From Paraglomus brasilianum (lineage: Eukaryota), in NCBI GenBank assembly GCA_910592345.1, contig CAJVPI010000017.1, positions 1-64,000 on the forward strand: a DNA stretch of 64,000 bases, given 5' to 3'. Shown in pieces: positions 1 through 11,700 of this stretch. The notes under the pieces were generated by a model. It was not told the origin of the DNA. It made no database searches and saw only the letters and a list, made by a program, of their open reading frames with translations. The position numbers were made by a program, and so were the translations under genes. How positions within the stretch are numbered: the stretch's first letter is position 1; each line of letters opens with the position of its first letter.

Positions 1-178
1 GAGCGCTATTACTGTATATGCAAAATCAGCGTATAATCATTCATTTCCCCAATACAGATATGCACATACACGCACACAATAAGACCACGTCAAGTCAAAA
101 CGAAAAATTACGTGATTGACATACCAGCATGCTTGTATGATAAATATTGACATTGAGATACAAGACGCTTTGAAAAAC

Positions 179-238
179 ACGTTGTGTACTAGCTGAAACG
201 CCTAAAAGTTTAGATGCTTTGGAAGCAGAAAGCAACAT
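179..238 (-). mobile_element. Truncated N-terminal HTH resembling IS607-family TnpA/MerR-type HTH (remnant)
   Basis: ATG at 238 gives MLLSASKASKLLGVSASTQR, matching the 'LSxxxAxxLLGVSxxTxR' HTH pattern. Similarity is lost after ~20 aa and no resolvase domain follows. Confidence 0.35.
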
Positions 239-1337
239 AAGTTTAACTAATATCTGTGTTATAATATAAACACATAAAGCGCAAAACACACAATTTACAA
301 GCACTTTATAACTAAGCAATGAGGCTATGAATACCTAATAAACGTGTCTTTGAACCAGGGAAAGACGCGTCAAGACGTGTCAGGTGTCGTCAGCCACTGT
401 GATAGCCAATTATATATTTTTGTTTGTCAAAGATTGCAAAAAGCTTTCTTCTTACGTAAACTTTGCACGCTTATTCTCATCACCTACATAACAATTCTTC
501 GAATCGTAAACTAGTCCAGCACCTTAATTTGTTGATCGCTCAATCTCATATAATTTTACGCGAAGAGCGCTCAATATAATAATAAATAGTGATAAAAGTA
601 AGGTTAACTCTAGCTGCAATTTCTCCCAATGAAGCAACCATATTACTATATCCTGCGCAGCTCCGGCAAGATTAGATATTGCAATCGTTGCCTACATCGG
701 GATTAGCCACGAACATTTAGTAGTTGCGAGCGAGCACAACACTATTTAGATAACTAGTAGCGCAACTTCCTTCCTTTTAGTTCTCTCTATCGGTTAAGGA
801 TATTTTATACTTCCTGGTGGCATTACGATTACTATTCGTCTAAGTAAATAAATAACAATTTAGATAGCAAACCTATAGGCTTCCACAGTTGAGGCCGACA
901 TGGTAAGCGAGGATTAGTGTCGACAAATAACCTTATTGACACTCCATAAGCCCCCCAACAAAAAGTTAACAATATATAATAATAATTATTGAAATCGAAG
1001 AATTTACTATTAACACTTATTGGTGTATCAACATATAATTGGTAACATTATTGCCGACGGGTAAACTAAATACGAGTCACGCGCTACTAATCTTTAGCGT
1101 GATTTCTCCAATATTATGAACTTTTAATTTATAGAGTTGAATCAAAGTAACAACTAATATTCTTATATCATTATAGTGAGTTTCTATAGCCCCGATACGG
1201 TATTTTTAGATATAGCCGCTGCTTCAAGAAATGAGACAATTCAACAGTATTTCAGATAATAAAGGGCGCAAGATATACTTAAATAAACAATCTGAACAAT
1301 ATGATGCTGGAAATAAACATTCCTTATGTATCTAACA

Positions 1338-4300
1338 TTAAAAAGTTGGTTGGGTTGGTGTGCGATCAGCAACTTCTTTCTTCAACGAACGAACCTTGTT
1401 TTCATATTCAGCAATCAACACATGCTTTTTACCAACATTCTCAGCTAGCCACTTCATTCTGTCTCCTGGTGCAGCAGACCCACTTCCTAACAGACGTTTT
1501 CCATCTTTTGTAAAACATATCGCTAACTTCCCCATCTCATCTTCATATTGTTGTAGTTTTGCATTTTCAAATGCAGAAAGATACTGATTCATTTGAAGTT
1601 CCATGATAGCGGCAAAGTGGTCATCAGCAATAATTTCAGAAAATGCTGTCTGATAAAGTGGTTTTCCTGGACGGATGATGTATGGATAACCTGTCCGATA
1701 GCAAAAAATTGAGTGAGTAATAATTAGCGTATTGGCGTATATATATTTGTACGATACAGAAAAAAAGTTACAATCAAGACTTGAACAGCATACACGCAAA
1801 ATAAGAAGGACCAATAAGAAATGCAATGAATAGTAAATGAGTGCAATTCGCTTACCATAGTGCTGTATTATTGTGATAAGTTCCGCCTCTTCCATTGCTT
1901 TTAATGGCGTGTCGTCCCCTTTGAACATAGGAGAATATTTTATTGAATCATAGTCAACCTTAATAGACATCGGGATAATATACGTTAGAAACGGAATCTA
2001 TTTACTACATTCCCTTAGTGCTCCTCTCCACACTAACAACACGTTCAGCTTATTGTTATCAAGCACTTACGTTTCCACATTTAGACAATTCAACAATGAC
2101 CTTCCAGAACTGAACTCCAGTCCATGGTATGCTCTTCGCATCTTCCGTATCGTCTCCGAACGCGAGCTTACGGATTTCCATAACGGCTTTTGCCAGCAGT
2201 TCACGAAAAGCGCCTATCAGAGATTCGATTAGATCCGTATACACATTAGATCTTATCGTTAATCTCTAATCTTAAACAAATACATACCCTGAGGTGTCTG
2301 TCCATCTCTTATCTTCTTTATGAACATTTTGAGATCCGTAAGCCTACCGCCAAGTGCCACGACTGAGTCCTCTAATTCACGTTTGTCAACAAAGTCTACA
2401 TAACGGCGGACGAGCTTTATGGCCTTCTCAGGAGGTGCATCTGAGAGAATCACGTGATTGAACGTTTTATACGGGAGTGCTAAGACGAGTGATGATCAGA
2501 AACAAGTTAACATTGTGTATCTTCTACGTTCGTTATATTGATTGTTCGATTTACGTGCTTACAAGCTCAATCTGTCAAATAGAAGATACGTACCTTTGCT
2601 CAGAGTCTTGTTAATAGCCGTATTAGAACTAGCAAAAATAACATGTGCTACCCTGTTCTCGATCAGAAATACAGCAAGCTTTGTCAGATGCTCCCATAAT
2701 TCATGACTCTCTTTATCCTTAGTCATATAACTATCGATTACAAGAATAGGAATATCATCCGAATCGTATGTATCCACAATAGAAGATTTGTATAAACCAG
2801 GCGAGCTGCGATTTGGGCGTCGAGATCGCTTGGTAAGCGCATCCGGAGCTATTCTATGTAGAGCCAGTGCAAGAACATCGAGGATTTGCTTTACTTCGGC
2901 GTCAGTCGTTGACGTAAATCCTTTTATTCATCGATAGAAGAGAATAATCGTAAAAGAAATTAGACACAAGCTAATTGAAAAATCAACTCTTACCAGTCTT
3001 CTGTCCAATTGTAGCGCTAGCGACTGTATCAATTATGTTAGAAAGAGCCACGAAAATCGTGAATAGCGGAAAGTAGCCAACTTGTTTGGCTAGTTTGTAG
3101 ACAAGTTCATTCTCATCACGTGAATTCAGAAGATGATCACATCTTATGAATACTTTATTTCTATTGAATAGGATATAGTAAATCAAAAGCTCAAATAACC
3201 GTAAACAAATAAGATGGTATATATTCGTAAACCTTACTTCTTGTTCTGAATGACCTTATCAATAAATTCACTCTTCCCACTACCTCTTGGTCCAAGAACG
3301 ACAATGAACGTCTCTGGATATTGACAAAGAATTAAATACCACTCTTCCTCAAATTACATATTGTCTTCACTACTGCGGTACTCAAACTACATGAAGTATT
3401 CGTTTATGTTCTCTAACAATAGCGAGCGCAGTTATGTTCTTACCAGGTGGCTCCTTCAACCAACTTCTAAGTTTCATCTCTTCATCTACTCTTTCTGACC
3501 ACATGCTGACGTCGTGCAGAGAACCATCCTCATCAGAATTCTTTCGGTATGCCCAAAACCTATCTATTGTCTCTTTTCGAAGCCATTGATAGAGAGGGTA
3601 TTCTTGAATGCTGAAGCGCTGAGTGATTTTGGAAGTAATAAAGAAGGTACGGATTGGGTCGAAGCTAAGATCGAGGGGGAAAAAAGGTGAATAAAGCCTG
3701 GGTTGAAAGAAACCAGCGGAAAGAAAGACACTAATACTTACATTATATATGATATGCCTGCTATCAAGGCGGCTATCAATGGAATCTGCAAAGAAATAGG
3801 TACGTGAATACTTCGTTTTCATCATTGTGTTTCTGATGCAATATCAATAAAATTCATATCATTTGAACTAAATTCATAAATTTTCAAGCTAATTGTGATT
3901 TGCACCTATAACCCACATAACATCTATACGTAGGAATAGTTCAAAGTAATTATGGTAGGTATATTAATCACACTATTAGACTTACCGATATACGAGGATG
4001 CGCTGTCATCCACTTATAAATCACATTCGTTATCTATGGGAAATGCAACGAAGATATCAATCCCTTGCTCTCCTCAAAAAACCCAGTTCAATTAGTAATT
4101 GTTCCTTACCACTACTCTATCATAAAATGCGCTTAACCTCGTTCCATCTACAACCATCCTATGTACACAACTTTTCGCACTGGTGGCTGATCGTATACGA
4201 GTGAATATTATCATAGCAAAGCGTGGCGTATCTTTTATTGAAAGGGGTTGAACTGTGATATCACGGATTCTGCCATAACGTCGAAAGGTATGATAGAGCG

Positions 4301-5744
4301 AGTCCTGTGTAAAATCCGGAATGAAGAGGTTACGACGGTGACCTTATATAATTTCTTTGTTTATCGAAAATTCACTATGTGTGAATACTTACTATAGATA
4401 ATACATCCGATCCTTCAAATATAACACGTAAACGTCTGTGCAGATGAGATATTAGATTCATTAGCCAAATGGATCGTATTGATTGCGCGCGCGAAAAAGT
4501 TCAAGCCCAATAAATCGATATTTCTGAGTCATCACAAAATGCTATAATGATCAAGACAAGCCGAAACATAATGATAATATTATTAATTAATTACAATTTA
4601 GACTACGCAAATAGAAGTTAAAATTGTCAGAAAGGTGATTGCTAAGATGGAGTTTACCCTTTCTACTCGATCACAGAAATGAATAATGTCCGTGTCGTGA
4701 GTTGAAATAATGTCTCAACGTTGTAAGTAGACAACAATAATGCTTCATATAACAAAAATCTTACACCACTCAGACACGTTATCTAATCGAATTGCATATT
4801 ATGGATAATTGACATCATATAAAATGCAAAGAACAACTCATAATATAAAAAATTATCTAACCTCGCGGGGTATCGACCAGCCATATCTTCTAATAAAGGT
4901 TCACCCTTATTTGCATTAGTTAGTTCATACATTCACTTCTGCGAGAAGCATTCTTTGTACAATAAACCCTTTCGAAGTAATACCAACCTTTACTAAAAAC
5001 ACTCTCATCGGATAAAAATTAAACCATGGAATAATACTTTTTGATTCGACAAAATTTTCAACGGTTTCATGGATCTCTTTTAATGCGATGTCTTTGCTTG
5101 CTTCATCTACTCGATATGTAAATTTCACAAACATGCCACCTTCTTTTCGTCTAATTAATGTTCCAATGAATAATAAAGAATGATCCATTATGACATTGAC
5201 CATCTTCACATAAATGTAGATATACTCAGCGCTTCGATAATCGCAACTCTCGACGCGCTCTTTCTGAGGACACGTTTTTTACCTCGGCACCACTCCTTCA
5301 ATTTTAAACTCGTAAGGTAATTCATTCTCCGGCGGGAGCCACTTGTTCTGCTTTAATTTTGTCTCAAGGGAACGTCTACTCAAGCGGGATATGTATGATC
5401 GAAAATCAAATGCGTTGAGTTTGAGTGGATAAACGTTGTCGAAGAAAAATTGGGCATGATGGACTGGTGGCTACACGGGGGAGAAGAGACATCATAGCAA
5501 GGAAAAATGAGCTAAAGCAGAGAAGGCAAAACGCTTTATTGATGGGACCAGAACGTACAGCGGTTGAATTAGCAGCAGACTCTGTCGCAAGCGTAGCTAA
5601 TCGACGGACGAACGTATGTCGTGATAGTGTTCCGGGCATCCCCCGTGCCAATAACGAAGGAGAATATAGAGGAGCGTGTTTCTGTGGTTGCAGTAGTATA
5701 ATACATGTCCTTGCGACTTTATTTCTTCGTAACAGCTGTATCAT
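1338..5744 (-). CDS. YME2: Mitochondrial escape protein 2 (RRM + RNA12 P-loop domain), multi-exon
   Basis: Spliced peptides: presequence-like MIQLLRRNKVAR (ATG 5744), EGGMFVKF, GEPLLEDMAGRYP, DSLYHTFRRYGRI, HPRISIPLIAALIAGISYIIFDPIRTFFI, IVVLGPRGSGKSE (P-loop), QVGYFPLF, ALPYKTFNHVILSDAPPE, LGGRLTDL, IRPGKPLYQTAF. GT-AG introns. Confidence 0.92.
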
Positions 5745-5956
5745 TGCCCGTATACCCCGAGAATGGCAGAGAAATGCGTTTTGATGTTTGTAAGGTGTAG
5801 CCGAAAGTATTTCCTTGTACCATTGTAGTGTTCTCAAAGCCACTGTGTGACGATATGTTTTTAAAGTTATGTTTTAACCTTTTTAAATCAGACAAATAAG
5901 CACATAATTGTGACAATCCCAGCATGTGGATATACAAAGTATATACAAGATTTTAC

Positions 5957-6351
5957 TAGTAAAACATATAAAAAATCGAAAATTTTAAGTCGCTAGTTCT
6001 CTAATTTTTTTTAAACAAGTACCAATAAAATTTATATCAGTTTAAAGCTAAATAATTGTAGTTTTAATTCAGAAATATCAGCAATTTTAAAATCTTGACG
6101 ATTGTCGTATATAATAATAACGATAACCGCCAAAGGTATAAATACTTTACGTCGATCATTTACTAGTAATTAAGCGAGTGAAGCTTTCATATCCTCCTCA
6201 CACCGCAGCAGTAATATCTTAAAATTGCTGATATCTTTCAATTAAAACTACAATCATTTAGCTTTAAAATGGTGTAAAGTTTATTGGTACTTGTTTGAGA
6301 AAATATGGAGAATTAGCGACTTGAAATTTCGATTTTTCATATTTTTTACTA
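5957..6351. mobile_element. Foldback element/MITE with ~137-bp imperfect terminal inverted repeats
   Basis: 5957-6093 is the reverse complement of 6216-6351 (~85% identical by manual alignment, e.g. AAACAAGTACCAATAAA / TTTATTGGTACTTGTTT). Both ends lie in ACTAGT/TA context; no ORF. Confidence 0.85.
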
Positions 6352-6415
6352 CTAGTACAGTATAATAATAACAGGACTACGTGATTTTTCGATTAAAAAG
6401 TTGTTGCACCGAATA

Positions 6416-6588
6416 CAGCGAACTACCGTCTATAGTCACACCATTTTGGTACAATGCGGGATTATACTATAGACAGTAAGTTCTATTATGAAACTGGCAC
6501 TAGAGAGAATGTAGGAGAGTGTGATTTTACAGACAGAGTTTCATATGGTGTGACTATAAATGAAGGGACTGTAGACAGTAGTTCACTG
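6416..6588. mobile_element. Tc1/mariner(pogo)-type MITE with TA target-site duplication
   Basis: TA|CAGCGAACTACCGTCTAT ... GTAGACAGTAGTTCACTG|TA, plus the internal inverted pair TATAGTCACACCAT / ATGGTGTGACTATA. A related end occurs at 48266. Confidence 0.75.
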
Positions 6589-7139
6589 TAGATATCTGGT
6601 TATCTAAAGTATAAAATAGTAGTTGCGAAATAGTCTCACAGTGCTATTATTTACGTAATATGATAGTCTGGCGTCTGCGGATAACTATGATTGACATGGA
6701 TCTTGTTTAACCTATTGCAGTTATTAGAAGCATGCTTCAACATCTCTTTTATATATCGTTTCTTCATCGAATTCCTAGTTCATGATTCCAGAACAGCAAC
6801 CCCAATGGTTTCTTGCATAGCTTCCCTCATTGTAACATTCCGTATGTTGTAACCAACTGCAAAGTGATTGTTGCACAACACAATAAATGCAATCGAACAG
6901 CGCCGTGCATATTGAACAGTGTTGTTTCTCATGGAGCGTGACGATTCTGTGAGTGTGAGAACTTGAATGTGGGTGGAATGCTCCAACACTTTATATAAAT
7001 AATAACGGTTTACATGTTCGACAAGCATTGAGCTTTCTCCACCGATCGCCATATTCACATAACCATTATTATTACGCGACTTACGGATTGTTCGATAATT
7101 GAAGCAATTCATCTTCTCAACAAATATCCTGCTCTCAAA

Positions 7140-7466
7140 ATGTCCAAACTGCCTGGCTACTTACCGCTATCAACCAGTGCATCAACAGACATTCCAGAAA
7201 GATACACAGATCACCCATTCAGAGCAATTCCATCATTCGGTTATCCATCTGACACTCATGTGGTCGTTCTCGAAGAGCTCGATGGAAATAGTCCACCAGA
7301 AACTCCTTTAAACGGGTATTTCATATATAAGGAAGAGAGAAGAACCCCCAAAAAGATTGCCGTGCGTACATTGATGGCATCGTTCCTATTACTTGTATCT
7401 GGTCTTCTTCTTTGGAAACTTGTTCATTGTCAAAGTAATGACATGAGTGTTGGTTACGAGGAATAA
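7140..7466 (+). CDS. Hypothetical 108-aa protein with one C-proximal transmembrane helix
   Basis: Intronless ATG ORF with a Pro/Ser-rich N-terminus, basic KEERRTPKK, then hydrophobic LMASFLLLVSGLLLW. No family recognised. Confidence 0.5.
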   Translation: MSKLPGYLPLSTSASTDIPERYTDHPFRAIPSFGYPSDTHVVVLEELDGNSPPETPLNGYFIYKEERRTPKKIAVRTLMASFLLLVSGLLLWKLVHCQSNDMSVGYEE

Positions 7467-7825
7467 CGGATACCAATGGGGGATAGCGGGCACATGGATG
7501 TTGGACAACGAGCGAAGAATATGGAAGAACGGCGAGAAATGTAATACCGCCGCCTATAAAGTAAACGATATCGAATTATTTTTGTACTTATCAATAACTA
7601 TGTAAAGAGTATGTAGGGATTTTGTATATTCTCAAATTATACAATATCCTCTTCAATAAATGCGTCTTCGACCGTGCAAATCATATACTGTTTAAGAACC
7701 AAGTCTGTCGAAACAGTATCCGAACATAGCAAACAATATCCACATTCTCTCATTTATGAAGACCAACCTCACCCTCATAGATAGTCCCATGTCATCCATG
7801 CACCATCTTCTAAATAGGCGACAAT

Positions 7826-8452
7826 TTATTTTCTTCTTTTAACATTCAAATCTATCCACTGTATCTCTTCAATCCGTTTTCCAGCATCACGTTTCTGCTG
7901 TTCGCTGACACCTTTCTTCAATATGCAGTTATCATATGCAGCGCTGTCGAATAATTTACTCTCATGATATGCTCGGTGCATTCGCGTCTCGAATTCTGTT
8001 CCATCTTTTGTTAAATGTCTCTGTAATTGCCAGTCCTTGTCGAGATTGGAATCACGCATTATTTCATAGAAGCGAGCAAGTTTCTCTTCACAGTGATCCA
8101 GATTCTCGCGTGGTTCCCAACTAATACATTAATTAGTCAAGAGTAGTTAAACAGAAGAACAACGTACGTTGTGAATTTAAGAGCAGGGGTTATGTGGTAG
8201 GAAAGAATAATATGAGCGAAGAAAGACTTACGTTTCTTTTGTGAATCCCTCCCATTTCACCAAAAAATATTCCTTATTCTGTGCAAAGCAGGAATGAATG
8301 AGTAAAGGAATGAGAACATTGAAGTATATAATAGATTACCAAAAGTAACGGGTCTTGACGAACGACTGAATCAACATGTTGATACCCACATTCTCTACCT
8401 TGACAGCAGTGATATCATCAACAATATAGCGATCTTCCATTGTTTCAGTCAT
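7826..8452 (-). CDS. Small chromodomain protein
   Basis: Spliced MTETMEDRYIVDDITAVK..|NKEYFLVKWEGFTKET|WEPRENLDHCEEKLARFY fits the chromodomain consensus with aromatic cage Y/W/F. Basic C-terminus VKRRK. Confidence 0.8.
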
Positions 8453-8765
8453 ATCAATCAAATAACGCGGCAGTTGACAAAAGTCAACAACATAAGATCT
8501 ATTGCACTATTAAGTATTAAGGTTTGACTTTTATTTAAGTGATCGGCCTGTCGATCACAGATTTAATCGCTATAGACTAACTAGCGCACGCGAAGCAAAA
8601 CTCTCCCGAAAAAAAAAAGGTGTCTGCTACATTGATCATTCGAAATTATATATCTAACCCCATGTGAAGTTCTATACTATTAGATAATGCCAACAGGATA
8701 TTACTCACAATCTGCATTATTATTATGAAAACCAACATAAAAATTTTTGCTGTGAGAAATTGTAT

Positions 8766-11700
8766 CTATATTGTAAACACGGTAATATTCTCTTGTTTGA
8801 TCTGCACTCGCTCCGCCATAGCACGACTCTCCTCCAGCATTAACCGTGTTTTGGCCTTGCGTAAATTCTCATCTATTGCCGAAAGATCTAATGTAACATT
8901 CCTCCAGTTGCGAATTTTATGCTCGAGAAGTCGAAGAAGCTCTAGGTCGTTTGTCTTATCTAGAAGTTCAATTAGAAAAACTATATACTGCTGTACGTAA
9001 ACGAAGTGTCTTCCTGGCCTACGATTTAATAATAAAGAGATTATGATGTAGCATCTATCACATAGAAGCACATACCATCAACGCTAGCTCATTACCTCTC
9101 AAATTCGTTCTTCCATACGTTAATAACGCTCTTTGCCTTGACTTGTACCAAATTCTGCATATCACTCTTGGCTTCTTCATATCTTCCTAAAAGTGCCTTA
9201 AGCATTGCAACCTAGATCCGAAGACATCAACAGACAATAGTATTAGGCATAATTCCGTAGAAGGCTCGTTATTAGTGAATATAATAATTGACATGATACG
9301 TTCGTAGCTCATCACTCACCTTGTATATTGGACGATGGTACCAGCCCCCAGTATCTTGAGTACGAAGTGCTTCGTATTGATCAATGAAATATCCTATCAT
9401 AGCATCCCTGCCGTCGGGAATTGATATAGGACGGGAATAAGACTCATCTGAATGATCAGACTCAAGACAGTCACAGACATCGCTAGCCTAATAAAATGAT
9501 AATGAACAAAATATGAAGCATACAAAAAGTTAATGTATAAATTCCGTAGTTTCATATTGAAGTTAATACAATGATCTATTAAATAAACAGTTTACCGTAA
9601 ACAAGTTCTTCAGATAATACTTGGTGAGGACGCTTAGCAATTTATACTGTGGCTCAAGGACAATAATCTCACTGTTACGATCAAGCGTTTGGGGAGTGAG
9701 AGCTGCTGATACTTTGAGCAGACGAAGTATTTTTTTTGAACGACTTGCATCCTTATTTGTATTAAAAGTGAGGAATGATTGATAAGCCTCTGTTAAGTTA
9801 CAAAGAAAATAAAGTATACTTACGACTGCGTCGCCCAAAATCTTGTATGAGCACATTGCGAGCATATATGGAAGCCTATTTGATAACACGTATCGTTTAC
9901 TTAAGTAAAGCGCTGTTTTCACCATCCCCTTCGCATTATGTCCTTCTCCCTCTAAGCTTTCTTCCCTACACTTACGTCCAATCTTTCTGATCGCAAATCT
10001 GCCTTTCAAATGCAAACGCAGTTCCAAAACACTTTGCGGCCCATGTATATACATCGACGTTCATGTTTGCTAAATGGTCCTTCCGGAACGCTGCCATGCG
10101 CATTGGTTTGGCTATCATCGAATACACATGATAACCGTAGCCGCGCCAAAAGTTAAACTGGTCCTCTATAGGTGCTTGTGGTTGGTCATTGAAAATTGGG
10201 CAGAGTTTTAGAGTATGAGCCGATTGAGCGTAGCATAGGAATGCTTTCTATGTTTGAAATAGAAAGAATATTTAGCGATAATTTTAGCTGTATTTCATTT
10301 CTTGTTGTCCGTGCTTACTCTTTGGTATTCGGCTATCTTTATGAAGTTACGATTGATTTCAACTGCCGAATAAATCAACTTTTCTTCAGCTAGACAGGAA
10401 TAAAGATATGCTAGCGCATACCATGATGCAAATCTTTCTGGGTTATAAGCAATATCTTCCTGTATGAAATAGAACATATATATATATCAAGTTTAGAAGG
10501 TGACCATCACAAGACTGAAAAGAAAAAGGCCGGACAGTTATTTTGAGTAGACGTACCTCGTGGACTTCTATTGCTCTCTCTATAAGATCATTCGCCTTTG
10601 CAGCGTTATGTCTTGAACGTGCTTTAACAGAATGGAGACGGATCTTACCGCGGAGATAATGTAAATGACTATTAATATGGTCTACAATAGATAGTTTGGA
10701 TGAGTAATGGGAAATATAGTGGTAACGAAATGTCACTATCAGGATTATCGCCGTAATATACAATCAGATATACCACTCACCGAGTGAAAGTGTGTAGTTC
10801 TGCCTACATCGCATTGGCGACAATAACTCTCCTGTGTATTCCAGATTTATTGCTTTGTAGAATTGAATGGAACTGCCGAGATAAGATTGTAACCATTGTC
10901 TACAATTATACACTTCTCTCATAAGCCCTCTCCCAGTCTCCCCTCCTACTAGAAAGATTACAGAAACCCAATGTGTTAATTTATAAGACGCAATTCATAA
11001 TTTTGCCCTCATACATAACTATGTCTTCTTTTTACCTCTATCTGCCTTATCATATTCCGATACTTTCGTGGCAATTACATCCAATATGTCTTTGACTGCA
11101 TTCCTTGCTGTTGCGCTTTTTATCCATTCCGACTGCGTCTTCACTATAACTCTAAATACAGGCTCGATGTCACCCAAGTCCTTGAATTCTACACTTTTCG
11201 TTTTGTCGCCATAATTCTTATGTTTCTCCAAATCAGAGTCATTTGGAGGAGGTATATTGTATAAGCAGTAGCAGCATAAAAGTTCTTGGGTTTCTATTCG
11301 AATATCAGTTTCATAGTATTCTCTGAGAACTGCTTTCAGAAACGAACCTAATAAATTAAAAAAATGATATATATGTTCTCGTCATTTGTTGAAGGGCTAC
11401 CATTTACCAACTTATCTCTGACATTCTCAAATGCGTTCTTACCTTCATCGGCGCAGCACATCCAATTCTCAGCCAACGCATCGTGCACTAGATCAAAATA
11501 TTTCTCCATCATCAACCATCTATTAAACTCAACTCCATTTCTTGTTGGCTCATTCTTCAGTATACGGCATATAACGATATATACTCTCACAATAAATGCA
11601 GCAATAATATCGGCAACCGGTGTGAGATCATAATCATAATTCCTTGATTCATCTGAAAATAGTATATGTATGCATATGTTATGAAGAACCGATATTGTTT

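Noticed and set aside
3786..3985. Perfect C box (ATGATGA) in a 200-nt YME2 intron
   Set aside because: Only ~35 nt from the 3' splice site, with no downstream CTGA.
4462..4507. Pol III A-box (TAGCCAAATGG) and B-box (GTTCAAGCC)-like pair
   Set aside because: No cloverleaf and no nearby T-run terminator; the A-box overlaps the branch-point region of the YME2 intron on the other strand.
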